DNA of 64,000 nt from an uncultured Planctomycetaceae bacterium (GTDB lineage Bacteria > Planctomycetota > Planctomycetia > Isosphaerales > Isosphaeraceae): assembly GCA_963833985.1 (NCBI GenBank), contig CAWIAD010000001.1, positions 2,912,001-2,976,000 of the forward strand. Direction: 5' to 3'. The translations under genes and the position numbers were made by a program. How positions within the stretch are numbered: the first letter of the stretch is position 1; every line of letters starts with the position of its first letter. The notes beneath the pieces were generated by a model that did not search any database, was not told the origin of the DNA, and saw only the letters and a list, made by a program, of their open reading frames with translations. Below, piece by piece: positions 29,047 to 39,837 of this stretch.

Positions 29047-31908
29047 ATGGTGGATCGGATTGGCGGGAACGCGCGCTCATGGCCGGACCGGGTGATTGTC
29101 GTCTTGCTCCAGACGATTGCGGTCCTGCTGGCCTTCCAGGTGGTTTTTGACACGGACGTCTGGTGGCATGTCCGCGCGGGGCAGTGGATTCTGGCCCACG
29201 CGCAGGTTCCCCGGCTAGATCCCTTCACCTTCGCCTCGGCCAGCCGGCCCTGGATCGACCTGCACTGGGGGTTTCAGGTGGCACTAGCCCTGGCGCACCG
29301 GCTGGGTGGAGTGCCGGGAATTGTCGGCCTCGCGGCGATCCTCTGCGGAGCGGCCTTCCTCACGGCCTTCCAGGTTCGACTTCGACAGTGGCCGGTCGCC
29401 GTGACCGGATGGTGCTGGGTACCCGCTCTGCTGGTCATGAGCAGCCGGTTCGACCCCCGGCCGGAGATCGCCTCGCTCTTGCTCATGGCCGCGTTCCTGG
29501 CGGTGCTCTTCCGCGCCGATCGGTCGCCGCGATGGTTCTGGTTGCTGCCTGTTCTCCAGGTCATCTGGGTGAACGTGCATTCGCTGTTCGTGCTCGGTCC
29601 CATCATTGTCGGATGCTACCTGGCCGACCGCCTGGCGCGCAGCCTCCTGGGAACGCTGCCGGCGCCCCGGAGCCTGAACTGGTGGAAGCATGCCGCGCCG
29701 GCGTGCCTGCTCCTGTTGCCGGCCTGCTGGCTGAACCCTTACGGATGGCGGGGCGTATGGTTTCCGGCCGAGCTGTTCGGCAAGATCGCTGCGCCTTCGA
29801 ACCCTTACAAGGCCTACGTGGCGGAGTTCATGAGCCTGGCCAGCATGGTTCAAAGGCAGGGGCTTGCCACAGCCGCGGCCAACCTGTACTTGCGGATGGC
29901 GACATTCCTGCTGCTCGTCTTGCCCTGGTCCATCCTGGTGCCCGCCGTCTGGGAGCAAGCGGGACCCGAGACCCGGCGTCGCGATCGCTTCTGGTGGGCG
30001 CTCTTTCTGGGTGGAGTCACCGCGTGCGCTCTGGGCGCCGTGGGACTTCCGGCCAGGGACATCCCCGGCGTGCTCGCTGATGTGGGCAGGTACTCGCCCC
30101 TTGGCTTCCTGCTGCTGGGCGTGCTGAGCATCCCTTTCGTCGCGCGTGCGTCCCGTTTCTCTCCGATGCTGCTGGGTCTTGGAGTTCTCGCCATGGCCGG
30201 ATGGTGCGACTTCCTGCGCGGCCATCTGTACGGGACCGACGTGGCCTGGAGCAAGGCATGGGGACCCGCGGTCGGGCCGGTAGCCGGAATCCTCGGCGCG
30301 ATCGTGGCCATGATGGCGATCGTCGCGGGAGCGAGGCCCTTCTTCATCCTGCTGTCCGTCGCCTTTGGCATGCTCGGACTCATGGCATGCCGCAACCTCA
30401 ATCTTTTCGGGCTGGCCGCCGGAGCCGTGATGACCTTGAACCTGGGCTCCTGGGCGGATGCACTGGGTGCGGAAGCGACACGCCATCGCGCGGCCGGGAC
30501 GCGGGTGGCGACGGCGTCGCTGATCGTGCTTCTCCTGGTATGGCTGGCCGCCATTCCGACCGATCGATTCTACGAGCTCTCCGGTGAGCTCAGACAGTTC
30601 GGCTGGCGGGAGCGGCGGTTCGGTTACGCCCACGACGCTGCGCGGTTCGCTGGCCAGCCCGGCATGCCGGATCGCGCCCTGGTGTACGACATCGGGCAGA
30701 CGGGCGTCTATCTCTACCACAATGGACCGCAACGCAAGCTATTCATGGATTCGCGCCTGGAGGTCCCCTCGCTGGCGACCTTCCGCGAGTACATCGGCGT
30801 GGAGCAGTGGCTCCAGCAGGGAGACGCGCGGTGGGTTGAGGCGGTCAGACGCATGGGGAATCCGCTGATCCTGGTCGGCCATGAGGAGAATACCGACGCC
30901 GTCGCCACGCTCATCGCCCACCCGCGCTGGCGTTGCCTGTATTTCGATGCGGTCGCCGCCGTGTTCCTGCACGAGGGCAGCGTGCGCCAGGCCGCGTCCT
31001 TTCCACCCGTCGATTTCTTCACTCGATTCCTGGAAAACGCCGCCGGTCCCGTCGGCGATCCGGGCGCTGCTCTGGTGCAGGCGAAACATCTCTCCGAGAT
31101 TGGCAGCCACCTGTCCAGGCGTCCGGGCTCGCGGTGGGAGGACCGCGCTCCGATCCTGCTGCTGGGCGCCAGTCATGCCCGCAAGGCAGTCTCCGCCCTG
31201 GGCCGCTCGGCCCAGGCGTGGACCATTCTCGGGCATTGCGCATGGGGCCTGACGACAGACCTCTCACGCGGGCCCCCCGCCCTGGACGGCCCCTGGGAGC
31301 CGGCGGAGGGGCTCTCATGGGTTCAAGCAACCGCGTGTTACCGCAAGGCTCTCAAGGAAAGCCCGGCGAATCTGGCCGCCAGGCTTTCCCTGGCGCGGAT
31401 CTACGAAGTGAGAGGCATGAACGACGCTGCCACGGCGTCCCTCCGCGCCATCGACAACCAGCGGGCCGACGAACTGGCTTCCTTTCTGTCCCAGCACGTT
31501 GCGGCGCTCGAGGCTGCCGGTCGCGCCTTGACCTGGAGCGAGGCCGAGCCTCGGGCACTGGCTCTCCTGAACCTGGGATCGCCGGTGCAGGCACGAACGC
31601 TCTTCGAACGGGCCACGAACCCGCCGTCGCCCGCATTGCGGACCTGCCGGAGGGCCGAGACCTACCTCGCGGAATGGAACCTGAACGAGGCCGAGGTCGC
31701 GTTCCAACGGGCGCTCGAGCAAGATGCAACACAGGGGCAGGCCTGGTACGGACTTTGTCTGACGCGGCTGCATGCAGGCAAACGTGTGGAACTTGTCGAT
31801 GCGTGTCATCACGCCCTGGCGGGCGCGCTCACAACAGCGCAGCGCCATGACGTCGAGAAGTTCCTGGTTCTGTGCCGCGTGGACCCGGATGAGCACCCGG
31901 CCGGTTGA
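29047..31908 (+). CDS. Polytopic membrane protein (GT-C-like glycosyltransferase pattern) with C-terminal TPRs
   Basis: DTDVWWHVRAG..P..DPFTF..WIDLHW, RPE, WVNVHSLF, LNPYGW, FMDSRLEV; many TM segments; TPR-like tail. Confidence 0.7.
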   Translation: MVDRIGGNARSWPDRVIVVLLQTIAVLLAFQVVFDTDVWWHVRAGQWILAHAQVPRLDPFTFASASRPWIDLHWGFQVALALAHRLGGVPGIVGLAAILCGAAFLTAFQVRLRQWPVAVTGWCWVPALLVMSSRFDPRPEIASLLLMAAFLAVLFRADRSPRWFWLLPVLQVIWVNVHSLFVLGPIIVGCYLADRLARSLLGTLPAPRSLNWWKHAAPACLLLLPACWLNPYGWRGVWFPAELFGKIAAPSNPYKAYVAEFMSLASMVQRQGLATAAANLYLRMATFLLLVLPWSILVPAVWEQAGPETRRRDRFWWALFLGGVTACALGAVGLPARDIPGVLADVGRYSPLGFLLLGVLSIPFVARASRFSPMLLGLGVLAMAGWCDFLRGHLYGTDVAWSKAWGPAVGPVAGILGAIVAMMAIVAGARPFFILLSVAFGMLGLMACRNLNLFGLAAGAVMTLNLGSWADALGAEATRHRAAGTRVATASLIVLLLVWLAAIPTDRFYELSGELRQFGWRERRFGYAHDAARFAGQPGMPDRALVYDIGQTGVYLYHNGPQRKLFMDSRLEVPSLATFREYIGVEQWLQQGDARWVEAVRRMGNPLILVGHEENTDAVATLIAHPRWRCLYFDAVAAVFLHEGSVRQAASFPPVDFFTRFLENAAGPVGDPGAALVQAKHLSEIGSHLSRRPGSRWEDRAPILLLGASHARKAVSALGRSAQAWTILGHCAWGLTTDLSRGPPALDGPWEPAEGLSWVQATACYRKALKESPANLAARLSLARIYEVRGMNDAATASLRAIDNQRADELASFLSQHVAALEAAGRALTWSEAEPRALALLNLGSPVQARTLFERATNPPSPALRTCRRAETYLAEWNLNEAEVAFQRALEQDATQGQAWYGLCLTRLHAGKRVELVDACHHALAGALTTAQRHDVEKFLVLCRVDPDEHPAG

Positions 31909-31953
31909 CGGATCGCGAAGCAGACGGCACCGGTAACGAGCCAGGCTTGCGGC

Positions 31954-32145
31954 TCAGGAGATGGAACTGGCCTGGGAACCGCCTCGGTCGGGAGGAGGAG
32001 GGACCGGGGTTGGTTCGGGATGCGCGGGGTAGGGCGAAGCTGGTTCCTGCGGTCGGGGGATGGTGGGGAGCTCGGACGGCGGAACCGAGGAGGGCTCTGG
32101 CCTTCCGGGCACCGGGATCGAGTCCGGCACGGGATCGTCGGGCAT
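31954..32145 (-). CDS. 63-aa proline-rich small protein
   Basis: AAGGAG RBS 7 nt before the ATG; MPDDPVPDSIPVPGRPEPSS...; follows the LEA-like gene on the same strand. Confidence 0.5.
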   Translation of the reverse strand: MPDDPVPDSIPVPGRPEPSSVPPSELPTIPRPQEPASPYPAHPEPTPVPPPPDRGGSQASSIS

Positions 32146-32246
32146 GATCTGACTCCTTGAAGAAGGGGACCACGGCCCGATCGCCCCGATAGGAACAACG
32201 TCCACGGGGGGCGAAGGAGCCGTAAGCTTCCTGGAAACGCGGCGGA

Positions 32247-32480
32247 TCAATCCCTGGCCGCCTCGTCCATCTTGTCCTTGGCAGCGTCACCAGCGCGCTC
32301 TGCCGCGTTACCGGCCTGATGGAGCTTCTCCTTCGTCCAATCCTTGGCCTGTTCCGCCTTCTCGCCGATCTTGTGTCCGGCCTCCTTGGACTTCTCAGCC
32401 ACCGCGTTCCCGGCATCCCGGGCCTTGTCGGCCGCATCTTGTCCGGCGTCTTCGGACTTGTTTTTCCAGCTTTCAGCCAT
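32247..32480 (-). CDS. LEA-like hydrophilic stress protein
   Basis: A/K/D/E-rich repeats with an approximate 11-residue period (DAGQDAADKAR, DAGNAVAEKSK, EAGHKIGEKAE). Confidence 0.7.
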   Translation of the reverse strand: MAESWKNKSEDAGQDAADKARDAGNAVAEKSKEAGHKIGEKAEQAKDWTKEKLHQAGNAAERAGDAAKDKMDEAARD

Positions 32481-32608
32481 CGTTTGTGCCTGCTTCCCTG
32501 GGTGAGGTCTCTTCGTGAACAAAGCCCATATCGTCACCCTGATGGAAAGGCAATTCGCATGCCGCGGTACGACCCCGCGAAAGAGCAGGGAAGCCGGGTG
32601 GCCGCAGG

Positions 32609-33607
32609 TCACTGGGCGATTGCGAGGTGGTGGCTCTGCTTCGATGAAACGGACGACGCGGCGACGGTCCTGTTCGTGCCCCTGGCCCTGGCGAGGGTGA
32701 GCGCGTGGTCGGCCGCGTCCAGCAAGGAGTAGACGTTCCCGGCGCAGGCAGGGAATTCCGCCACGCCGACGGAGATGGTGGTGTCGGGAAGTTCCGGCAT
32801 GAGTTCCGGATTCGCGGCGACGGCACGCGCGATTTCACGAGCGACGTTCCAGGCATGATGCAGGAAGGTACGCGGCAGGACCACGATGATCCGATCATCG
32901 TCCAGCCGGGCGACGATGTCGCTCTCGCGAAGCATTGCCGCGATGTGCTGCCCCACGCTGCGCACCAGTCGGTCGGCATAATCTCGACCGAGCAGTTCGT
33001 GAACGCCGTTGAGCCGGTCAATCGCCAAACAGAGCAGGGAGAGCGGCTCATCGTGGCGCCGCGCAAGGCCCAGCGCGAACGGCAGCACCGCATGCAGGAA
33101 AGTGGCATCGTGGAAGAGGCGTCCGGCCGGGGGGTGTTCCTGCTTCAAGGAGACCGGATCCGGGCTTTCCTCGGGCTCGCTCCGGCCGTTCTCCGCCGGT
33201 GCGGCCAGCCCACTGGTTTTGATCGGCCGAGACACGAGGTGGCGGGCATTGCAGTCAAAAGGGGGCAGGGCGGAGGCGGCCATGGTACAGAGCGTTCTGA
33301 GCCGTTCCAGGGTTGCCGGCGTGTAGCTCGCGCCCTGGCCCGAGGCAGGCTTGACCAGAAGGCGTCCCCGGACGACCGAGCCGGCCTGGACGGGTATCTC
33401 CAGGATCCCTTCACCGGGTTCCATGAGTGGCGGCAAGGGACCGCGAATCCACTGGACTGAACGGGCCGATGTGAGACGGCGCGTCGCGGCCAGGAACGAT
33501 TTCTCGATCTCGTCGGGATCGTTGCACACGGCCAGTAACTCGCCCAGTTCGTGGACGATCTGCTCTTCCGCGGGGATCTCCGTCCGCGCCCGGCACCGGG
33601 CCCGCAT
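32609..33607 (-). CDS. GGDEF-domain protein with a degenerate active site (start uncertain)
   Basis: PLSLLCLAIDRL..V.ELLG...AD..VRSVG..LRESDIVARLDDDRIIVVLP...TISVGVA...AD.AL..A..RG.NR. Confidence 0.8.
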   Translation of the reverse strand: MRARCRARTEIPAEEQIVHELGELLAVCNDPDEIEKSFLAATRRLTSARSVQWIRGPLPPLMEPGEGILEIPVQAGSVVRGRLLVKPASGQGASYTPATLERLRTLCTMAASALPPFDCNARHLVSRPIKTSGLAAPAENGRSEPEESPDPVSLKQEHPPAGRLFHDATFLHAVLPFALGLARRHDEPLSLLCLAIDRLNGVHELLGRDYADRLVRSVGQHIAAMLRESDIVARLDDDRIIVVLPRTFLHHAWNVAREIARAVAANPELMPELPDTTISVGVAEFPACAGNVYSLLDAADHALTLARARGTNRTVAASSVSSKQSHHLAIAQ

Positions 33608-34319
33608 CCAGGCCCAGCGCCTTGCCTTTTGCGCCAGACCGCAAGCGATCCGGGTTGCGAGCGATCAGAAGAGACCTGCACCGGAGGCGCGGGCGGGTCG
33701 TTCTGGAAAGCAGAGGGGGCTGCGACTGCCGGATCCCTTCTCCAGTCACGCTTGAACATGATGCCGTCGCCCGTTCAATAAAGAGGAAAGCGCGCAAGGA
33801 AGCCGCACCGTCACCCGACGACAGTGGGATTGCCGTGGTTCAGGTGGTCGACGCTGCCAACCTTGCGCGATGAAGGAATAACAAGGCGTACTCACCTGCC
33901 CGGCGACTGCGCCGGAGGGGCGGGGATCGACGCGCTGGGAAACTTGATTGGACCGGACAGCAATTCCCGGACCGCAAGCTCCAGGAAGCTTTCACGCTTG
34001 CGATGACCCAGGGATCTGTCCCGGTCTCTCCTGCCGACTGGCAGGCCGCGTCAGCCGCTCCAATGCAACCGTAGGCCACAATTCGGGCCGCGCAAAAACG
34101 ACCTTGCCAGGAATCGAAAGAACCGGCAGGATACGCAACCGCCCGCAAAACCGCGCTCCCCGCATTTCTTTGGCTCACGAGCGCGAGCGAACTGGCAGGC
34201 CGCTTCAGGCGGACCGGCATCGGGACACTTCAGTCCAGATTCCGGGATGAGACGAGAAAATCATGTCTGCGGATCACGAGCGGCGGTGCCGTGATCCGGG
34301 CAGGATGAGGCCTGGGTCC

Positions 34320-34934
34320 ATGCGAAAGACGCGGATCGCGGCTGCGGCGGTTTCCTGGCTGGCGGTTGCCGCAGCGATCGTCGGCCAGGCGGGATGTTCC
34401 TCGGACGGACGACCTCACACGCTCGGCGTGGGCCGGATCTTCTCTCCCCGGCCGGTCGCCGAGAACCCCCTGGTCGTCCCATCGGCGGACTTCGAGACGG
34501 TCTGGAACAAGACGGTCGCGGTCGTCGATCAGTACTTCGACATCGCGTCGGAGAACCGGCTGTCGCGCACGATCGTCACACAGCCGAGGATCGGGGCCAC
34601 CCTGCTGGAACCCTGGAGCGGAGACTCGGTCTCGGTCACCGACCGGCTGGAGTCCACGCTGCAAACCATGCGGAGGTTTGCGACCATCAAGATCGATCCC
34701 GCGCCGTCCGGCGGATACCTCGTGAAGGTCGAGGTTCGCAAGGAGCTGGAAGATATGGTGAAGCCTGACCGCCAGGCTGCCGGTCGCGCCGTGTTTTACA
34801 ACGAGTTTCCGGTCAACCGCGCTCGAGAGATTGTTGGTCCCGTCCCCGCGCCAGTGGGGTGGATTCCACGGGGACGAGACCCGAACCTGGAGCAGGCCAT
34901 CCTGGCCGGGGTTCGTAATGCACTGTTTCTGTGA
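34320..34934 (+). CDS. Hypothetical lipoprotein
   Basis: Basic N-terminus, hydrophobic core and lipobox QAGC; globular domain ending GWIPRGRDPNLEQAIL. Confidence 0.7.
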   Translation: MRKTRIAAAAVSWLAVAAAIVGQAGCSSDGRPHTLGVGRIFSPRPVAENPLVVPSADFETVWNKTVAVVDQYFDIASENRLSRTIVTQPRIGATLLEPWSGDSVSVTDRLESTLQTMRRFATIKIDPAPSGGYLVKVEVRKELEDMVKPDRQAAGRAVFYNEFPVNRAREIVGPVPAPVGWIPRGRDPNLEQAILAGVRNALFL

Positions 34935-35208
34935 GAGCGATCAGGGGATTGTCAAGGAAGCGCCGCGGTCTCCAATGGAGGGCACGCATTCGCGCGCGGT
35001 CTCGCTCGTCTCACGGAGCACACGACCTGGACCCGGCACACCTCGCTGACCAGTCACGACGAGTGATGACTCGAAGTGCGGGCCTGGCAGCGAGCGAGTC
35101 CTCGGCGGGAAACGATCGATCCGGCGCAATCCCATCAGCTTCACGGGCTTCCTGGCAATGCTCGACGCTCGGTAGCTGTGCTGGCCGGTGGCGTGGGAAG
35201 CCCTCCGG

Positions 35209-35916
35209 TCAGTTGGCGTTGAAGGTCCAGTAGGCCCCTGCGGCCGCAATGCCGATCCAGGTGATGGTCGGGTCGAGCAGGGCGGCACGATGAGCCGGTG
35301 AGCCCATCCACATGGCTCCGGGGAAGCCGGCTCCCATGGCGGAGTTCTGGCGCCGTGCTGGCCCCATGACGAAGTGGCCCAGGCCATACGCCATCTGCGA
35401 GTTGTTGTTCATCGCCGCCCAGTTGGACAGATTCTGGTCGTGGCTCACCGGTCCCAATCCATAAGAAGCCCGGGTGGAATTGAGCCAGGAAACAAACCCG
35501 TAGGGGTCGCCGTATGCCACGGCGGGGGCCGCTTCCGGCTGTGTCGCGGGTGCCTCGGCGGCCGGTGCGGTATAGGCCGTCGGCACCACCTGCGCTCCCG
35601 CTGCCGTGGTCTGCGTCTGCTGCGGCTGCTGGTAGTATTGCGGTGCCTGGGTATATTGAGGCACCTGGTAATACTGCTGTGTTGCCGCTTGCTGATAATA
35701 CTGGGGGGTATAGGTATACTGGTAATAGCCAGGAGAGTAGCCGGTCTGGTAATACTGCGTAGCGGGCTGCACGTAGTAATACACAGGCTGGCTTGTCGCC
35801 TGCTGGTAGTAAACGGTCTGCTGGGCAATGGTTTGCGACGAGACAGCAGCGATCGCCGCCAGTCCCAGCAACAGCCGAGCAACGGTGCTCGTCAGAGGTC
35901 TTCGATTCCGTTTCAA
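35209..35916 (-). CDS. Secreted CAP/SCP-domain protein with a Q/Y-rich N-terminal region
   Basis: GAGGAG RBS and TTG start; signal peptide; CAP motifs WLNSTRASYGL, QN, WMGSPAHRAALL..IGIA. Confidence 0.8.
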   Translation of the reverse strand: MKRNRRPLTSTVARLLLGLAAIAAVSSQTIAQQTVYYQQATSQPVYYYVQPATQYYQTGYSPGYYQYTYTPQYYQQAATQQYYQVPQYTQAPQYYQQPQQTQTTAAGAQVVPTAYTAPAAEAPATQPEAAPAVAYGDPYGFVSWLNSTRASYGLGPVSHDQNLSNWAAMNNNSQMAYGLGHFVMGPARRQNSAMGAGFPGAMWMGSPAHRAALLDPTITWIGIAAAGAYWTFNAN

Positions 35917-36426
35917 TGAAGTGACTCCTCTAGAATCCATGGGTCGATGCCGCACCTCACGACACCCGCACACGCCAGAGAGATCCCCGAATCCGGGATA
36001 AGCGTTTTCGAGGTTCCCAAAGGCACCCAGGCGGAATGCCAACATGGGATCTTCTTCCACAGAATGCAACACTTTTCGCGGATGTTGATAAAAAACAACA
36101 CGGCCGTTACTGCACTTGCATTCACATAAATAGCTATGTAGTCATGCGAGCGTTCAGGTTTGAGAGATCTGGTGCACGGCGCCGGGCGTGCCGTCGCAAG
36201 TGGATATCATGTCTAGAAAAGCGACGGAGGGGCGCGCACAGGCCTCGAGCCCGCAATAGGTGCAGGTAGGTGCACGGCTGGCCTGATTCACCCACCTTTC
36301 CGCGGGGTTTCGCGCATACATCCGGCAAACATATAACTTCCTGAATACGAAGAATTGCCTCCCGGTTGCGTGGCTGACACGCTTTTCGGCTGCACTTCTT
36401 CGGTTCCGGTTCAGGACGATCGCCTT

Positions 36427-37236
36427 TCAGGGCCTTTGCAGCGCGTACACCAGCACGTCCACGCCCGCCGCGTAATGAGCGATCGGCTGGGAGCAGGGAC
36501 GTTCGATTCCAGAGGCGGCGAGCAGGTTCTCATCAAGGGTGAGAACCCTTGCCGTTTGCAGCGGATAGGGGGAGTGATAGACCTGACCCCGGTAGAGCTG
36601 ATTTCCAAAGCACGTGTAGAGCAGGTAGCGTTCGGCAAGGAAGTGCTCGATTGTTCCCAGGACTGCCGGCGCGACCGGTCCGGTCACCTCAGCGCGAATG
36701 AGATACGACGCGGGAACCGGTCCCGGCCAGCGGCGGACTCCGGCGTAGAGCACGGGCCCGGGTTCTAGCAACGCACCGGGCCGCTCCCGCTCCAGGAACA
36801 TGTCCGCACGGTGGTAGGGCAGGTGGAAGAGCCTTCGGGCAAGGCGGACCGCGACCGAGTTCGCCGCGTCCAGACTGAAGAACCAGACTCCAGGGTTGCC
36901 ACCCCGATCAAGGACGTAGGTCCTCACATTGGTTTCATGGAAGCTGGAGAGCCCCGCGAGCGCCGGGGCAACCGTGGGTCGGACCCCGGTCATGGAGAAC
37001 GGAACCAGCCCCACGTAAGCCTTGCCTTCGAAGAGATCGAGCTCCAGTTGCGGGGGAAGCAGCGGACGGATCTGCTCAGGCGCCAGCGTCCAGTGCAAGA
37101 AGAGCAATTCCTTCCAGGTCTGACGCATCACGGAGCGGCGGTCCGGCCGGCGTGTGGGGCCAGTGCGATCGACGACTCCCGGTCCGTCGCCGGCGCTCGC
37201 CGAACACGGCTCTGGTGACCCTTCCATCTCGTTCAT
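36427..37236 (-). CDS. DUF2071 (YqjF-like) protein
   Basis: MRQTWKELLFLHW, ETNVRTYV, GVWFFSLDA, HFLAERY. Confidence 0.85.
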   Translation of the reverse strand: MNEMEGSPEPCSASAGDGPGVVDRTGPTRRPDRRSVMRQTWKELLFLHWTLAPEQIRPLLPPQLELDLFEGKAYVGLVPFSMTGVRPTVAPALAGLSSFHETNVRTYVLDRGGNPGVWFFSLDAANSVAVRLARRLFHLPYHRADMFLERERPGALLEPGPVLYAGVRRWPGPVPASYLIRAEVTGPVAPAVLGTIEHFLAERYLLYTCFGNQLYRGQVYHSPYPLQTARVLTLDENLLAASGIERPCSQPIAHYAAGVDVLVYALQRP

Positions 37237-37301
37237 GCTGCGGTCTTCCGGCGTCAGGAAAGATCGGGCTCGATCGTCCTCGATGCGGCCGTTCGTGCTC
37301 T

Positions 37302-38276
37302 TCAAAGCTGGTCGGAGGAGATGATCTCTTCCCCCCGCGTCGTGCTCAAGGCGCGCCACGTCTGGATACTGATCGTGTTCTTCACGAACCGGACACTGCC
37401 GTCCGCCATGCTCGCGTTGACCCCGCCCGGGTGCCTGCTGCGGACGGCGTAGTTGTCGGGCAGCGCGGTGGTGCTCCCCGCGCAGGGAGGGTTCGGTGAA
37501 GTATCGACGCAGTAGTAAGCACTGAAGAGCACGTCCGGGAACGAACTGTTCGGTGCCAGGAAGGCCTCGAAGGCTGCGGCGTCGCCCCACCAGGAAAACC
37601 CACGAAGGTCGCGTCCCTGACCCACCACCACCTCGGATGCCAGCAAGGTCGTGCTCAACCCGTCTCTCACGGAGGCAAACCCGACCGTCTGTTTCCCTGG
37701 CTGCATGCTATCAGTCAGCGGTGAGCCAACGTCCACAAACGGCGCCCCGGCAAACCGAACGTCCTGGAAGTTGATCTGAAGCTGGATGGAGTTGCCAAAG
37801 TTTACTGCGTAATTCTGAGACGTGCACGCATAAGTGAGTCCGTTCATCGCCGCGGTGATCGGCGTGTTCGGTTGGTCGCTGGGACAATAATAAGTGCTCA
37901 CAAAAGTCGAGGTGACGGTCCGGTTCGCGACGCCGAAGTACCGCAGGTCGACGTCGTAGCCGGCAGGCAGGCCGGGCGCGTTCGATCCCATTGAATTCCA
38001 GGCGCTGAACAGCGGTTGCTGCTCCAGTTGCGGCAAGACGGCGACGAGCCAGGTTCCCCAGCAGCAGCCCTTCTTGCCCGGCGGCAGGACGTTCAGCGAG
38101 TCATGATACGCGTGCATGGCCAGGCTGATCTGCCTCAGGCTGTTCGTGCACTGAGCACGACGCGCGGTCTCACGTGCGGACTGCACAGCCGGCAGCAGCA
38201 GCGCGATGAGAACCGCCATCAGGCCGATGACGACCAGCAGCTCGATCAGGGTGAAGCCGCGACGATCACGATGCAT
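37302..38276 (-). CDS. DUF1559 prepilin-type N-terminal cleavage/methylation protein
   Basis: RRGFTLIELLVVI..LLLPAVQSARETARRAQCTN; C-terminal H-X9-DG (SRHPGGVNASMADGSVRF). Confidence 0.95.
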   Translation of the reverse strand: MHRDRRGFTLIELLVVIGLMAVLIALLLPAVQSARETARRAQCTNSLRQISLAMHAYHDSLNVLPPGKKGCCWGTWLVAVLPQLEQQPLFSAWNSMGSNAPGLPAGYDVDLRYFGVANRTVTSTFVSTYYCPSDQPNTPITAAMNGLTYACTSQNYAVNFGNSIQLQINFQDVRFAGAPFVDVGSPLTDSMQPGKQTVGFASVRDGLSTTLLASEVVVGQGRDLRGFSWWGDAAAFEAFLAPNSSFPDVLFSAYYCVDTSPNPPCAGSTTALPDNYAVRSRHPGGVNASMADGSVRFVKNTISIQTWRALSTTRGEEIISSDQL

Positions 38277-38354
38277 GGCGAGAAACCCCAGCGGTCAATC
38301 AGCGGTCCATCGGCGAATCAGGATGAAGCGGCCCGAGCACGCACCGGCTGCCCT

Positions 38355-38783
38355 TCATGGCTCGGGCTCAAGATCGTAAGCGCTCGGCCTGTTCCGGCCA
38401 GAGACGACCTGGGCCGTCAACTCGGAGTGTGAATTGTATTTGGAGGGGATCAGCTCGACCATGGGTCGCGGCTTCCGCTCGGAGGCACCCTTGGGTGCGG
38501 GTGCCTGCACACCGGAGCTGGCGTAAATGCGTACCCTGTACAAGCCCGGGACAGGGCCATCGTCCCGCGCAATGACGAACTCACCATGGCGGATCTTCGC
38601 GCCGACAGCCGTTCCCGCCCGTTCCGAGATCGGCTCGAACAGGATCGAGCCGCTCGTCAGCGGACGGCCGTCCAGCCGGACCGTGCCGCTGAGTGCTTGC
38701 CTGTCCACGCCATCGCCTTGTGAACACCCTGGCCCGGCAACCGCCAGCAGGCCCGGAACCGTCAGCACCGCACAGGCAACCAT
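38355..38783 (-). CDS. Carboxypeptidase-regulatory-like lipoprotein (usual DUF1559 partner)
   Basis: Lipobox GPGC; LSGTVRLDGRPL..GSILFEP..GPVPGLYRVRI..IPSKYN..SEL. Confidence 0.8.
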   Translation of the reverse strand: MVACAVLTVPGLLAVAGPGCSQGDGVDRQALSGTVRLDGRPLTSGSILFEPISERAGTAVGAKIRHGEFVIARDDGPVPGLYRVRIYASSGVQAPAPKGASERKPRPMVELIPSKYNSHSELTAQVVSGRNRPSAYDLEPEP

Positions 38784-38952
38784 GAATTTCACTTCGATCT
38801 TCTCGGAATGGAAACGCTTCCTCTGGAACGGCCGATGCCCGCTTTGTCCGTCAAAGATTAACTCGAAAAAAGGTGAACCCGCCGCGACGCCAGGGTGCAA
38901 TACAATGCAGATCGGCACCCGCAAATGACGCGGCTTCGAGGGGACCGTTCGA

Positions 38953-39837
38953 ATGCATGCAAGAGTCGGGCCGGATGCAGAACGACTTCGCAGCTTTGCG
39001 GACCGGAGCGATGCGAACGAGTTCCGGACCTTGATGGCACGCCATGGACCGATGGTCCAGCGCGTCTGCCATGCGGTTCTGCGTGACCCGCATGACGCCG
39101 ATGACGCCTTTCAGCTGACCTTCATGGTGCTCTTTCAGAAGGCTGAGACGATCACCGGAGAAGAGTCGCTGGAGCGATGGCTCTGCGGCGTTGCCTACAA
39201 GACCGCGGCCCGCATTCGCCATCGCAATGCCCGCCGGCGTGCGCACGAGTGCGGTGCGTCGGCAGACCCCGCTGATCAGCCGGCTGACCGGCTTGGTAAG
39301 CAGGAAGTTTTCCTGCTGGTGCGGGAAGAGCTGGATCAACTTCCCGAAAAGTACCGGGCGCCACTGATCCTCTGTTACTTCGAGGGACTCACGCACGAGG
39401 AGTCGGCAAGGCACCTGGGCTGGGCGCCGGGCACGGTCAAGGTGCGGCTCGTCCGGGGCCGCAAGTTGCTGCGCGAACGCCTTGACCGCCGCAAGGTATC
39501 GCTGGGAGCCGGTTTACTCTGGTTCTGGAAACATCACGGGGAGACGCAGCCAGCCGACGTCCTGCTCGATTCCGTGATGGCGGACACGCAACAAGCATCG
39601 GCCGGCGAAGCCGTCCACCGGGAGGACCAGACCTCGGGCTACTTCAGCGGGCGCCGATTCTCCGGACGCGCCGCTGGCTCGATCGTATCGCTCGTCTGGG
39701 CCTTGATGCTGGCTCTGGGAGTGGCCTGGAGCATCTCCTGGGGCGTCGCCGTGGCACGGACCACACCGCCCCATTCCGACCCCATGGAGGATTTGCCCGC
39801 CAACCTCAGGAATGTCCTCGCGGTGGATTGCCGTTAG
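38953..39837 (+). CDS. ECF sigma factor with a C-terminal TM extension
   Basis: [49 protein letters not shown]-terminal hydrophobic helix. Confidence 0.88.
   Translation: MHARVGPDAERLRSFADRSDANEFRTLMARHGPMVQRVCHAVLRDPHDADDAFQLTFMVLFQKAETITGEESLERWLCGVAYKTAARIRHRNARRRAHECGASADPADQPADRLGKQEVFLLVREELDQLPEKYRAPLILCYFEGLTHEESARHLGWAPGTVKVRLVRGRKLLRERLDRRKVSLGAGLLWFWKHHGETQPADVLLDSVMADTQQASAGEAVHREDQTSGYFSGRRFSGRAAGSIVSLVWALMLALGVAWSISWGVAVARTTPPHSDPMEDLPANLRNVLAVDCR

Noticed and set aside
35920..36400. Long, relatively AT-rich leader upstream of the CAP gene as a possible riboswitch
   Set aside because: No c-di-GMP, c-di-AMP or other riboswitch consensus was recognisable by eye. An Rfam cmscan would settle it.
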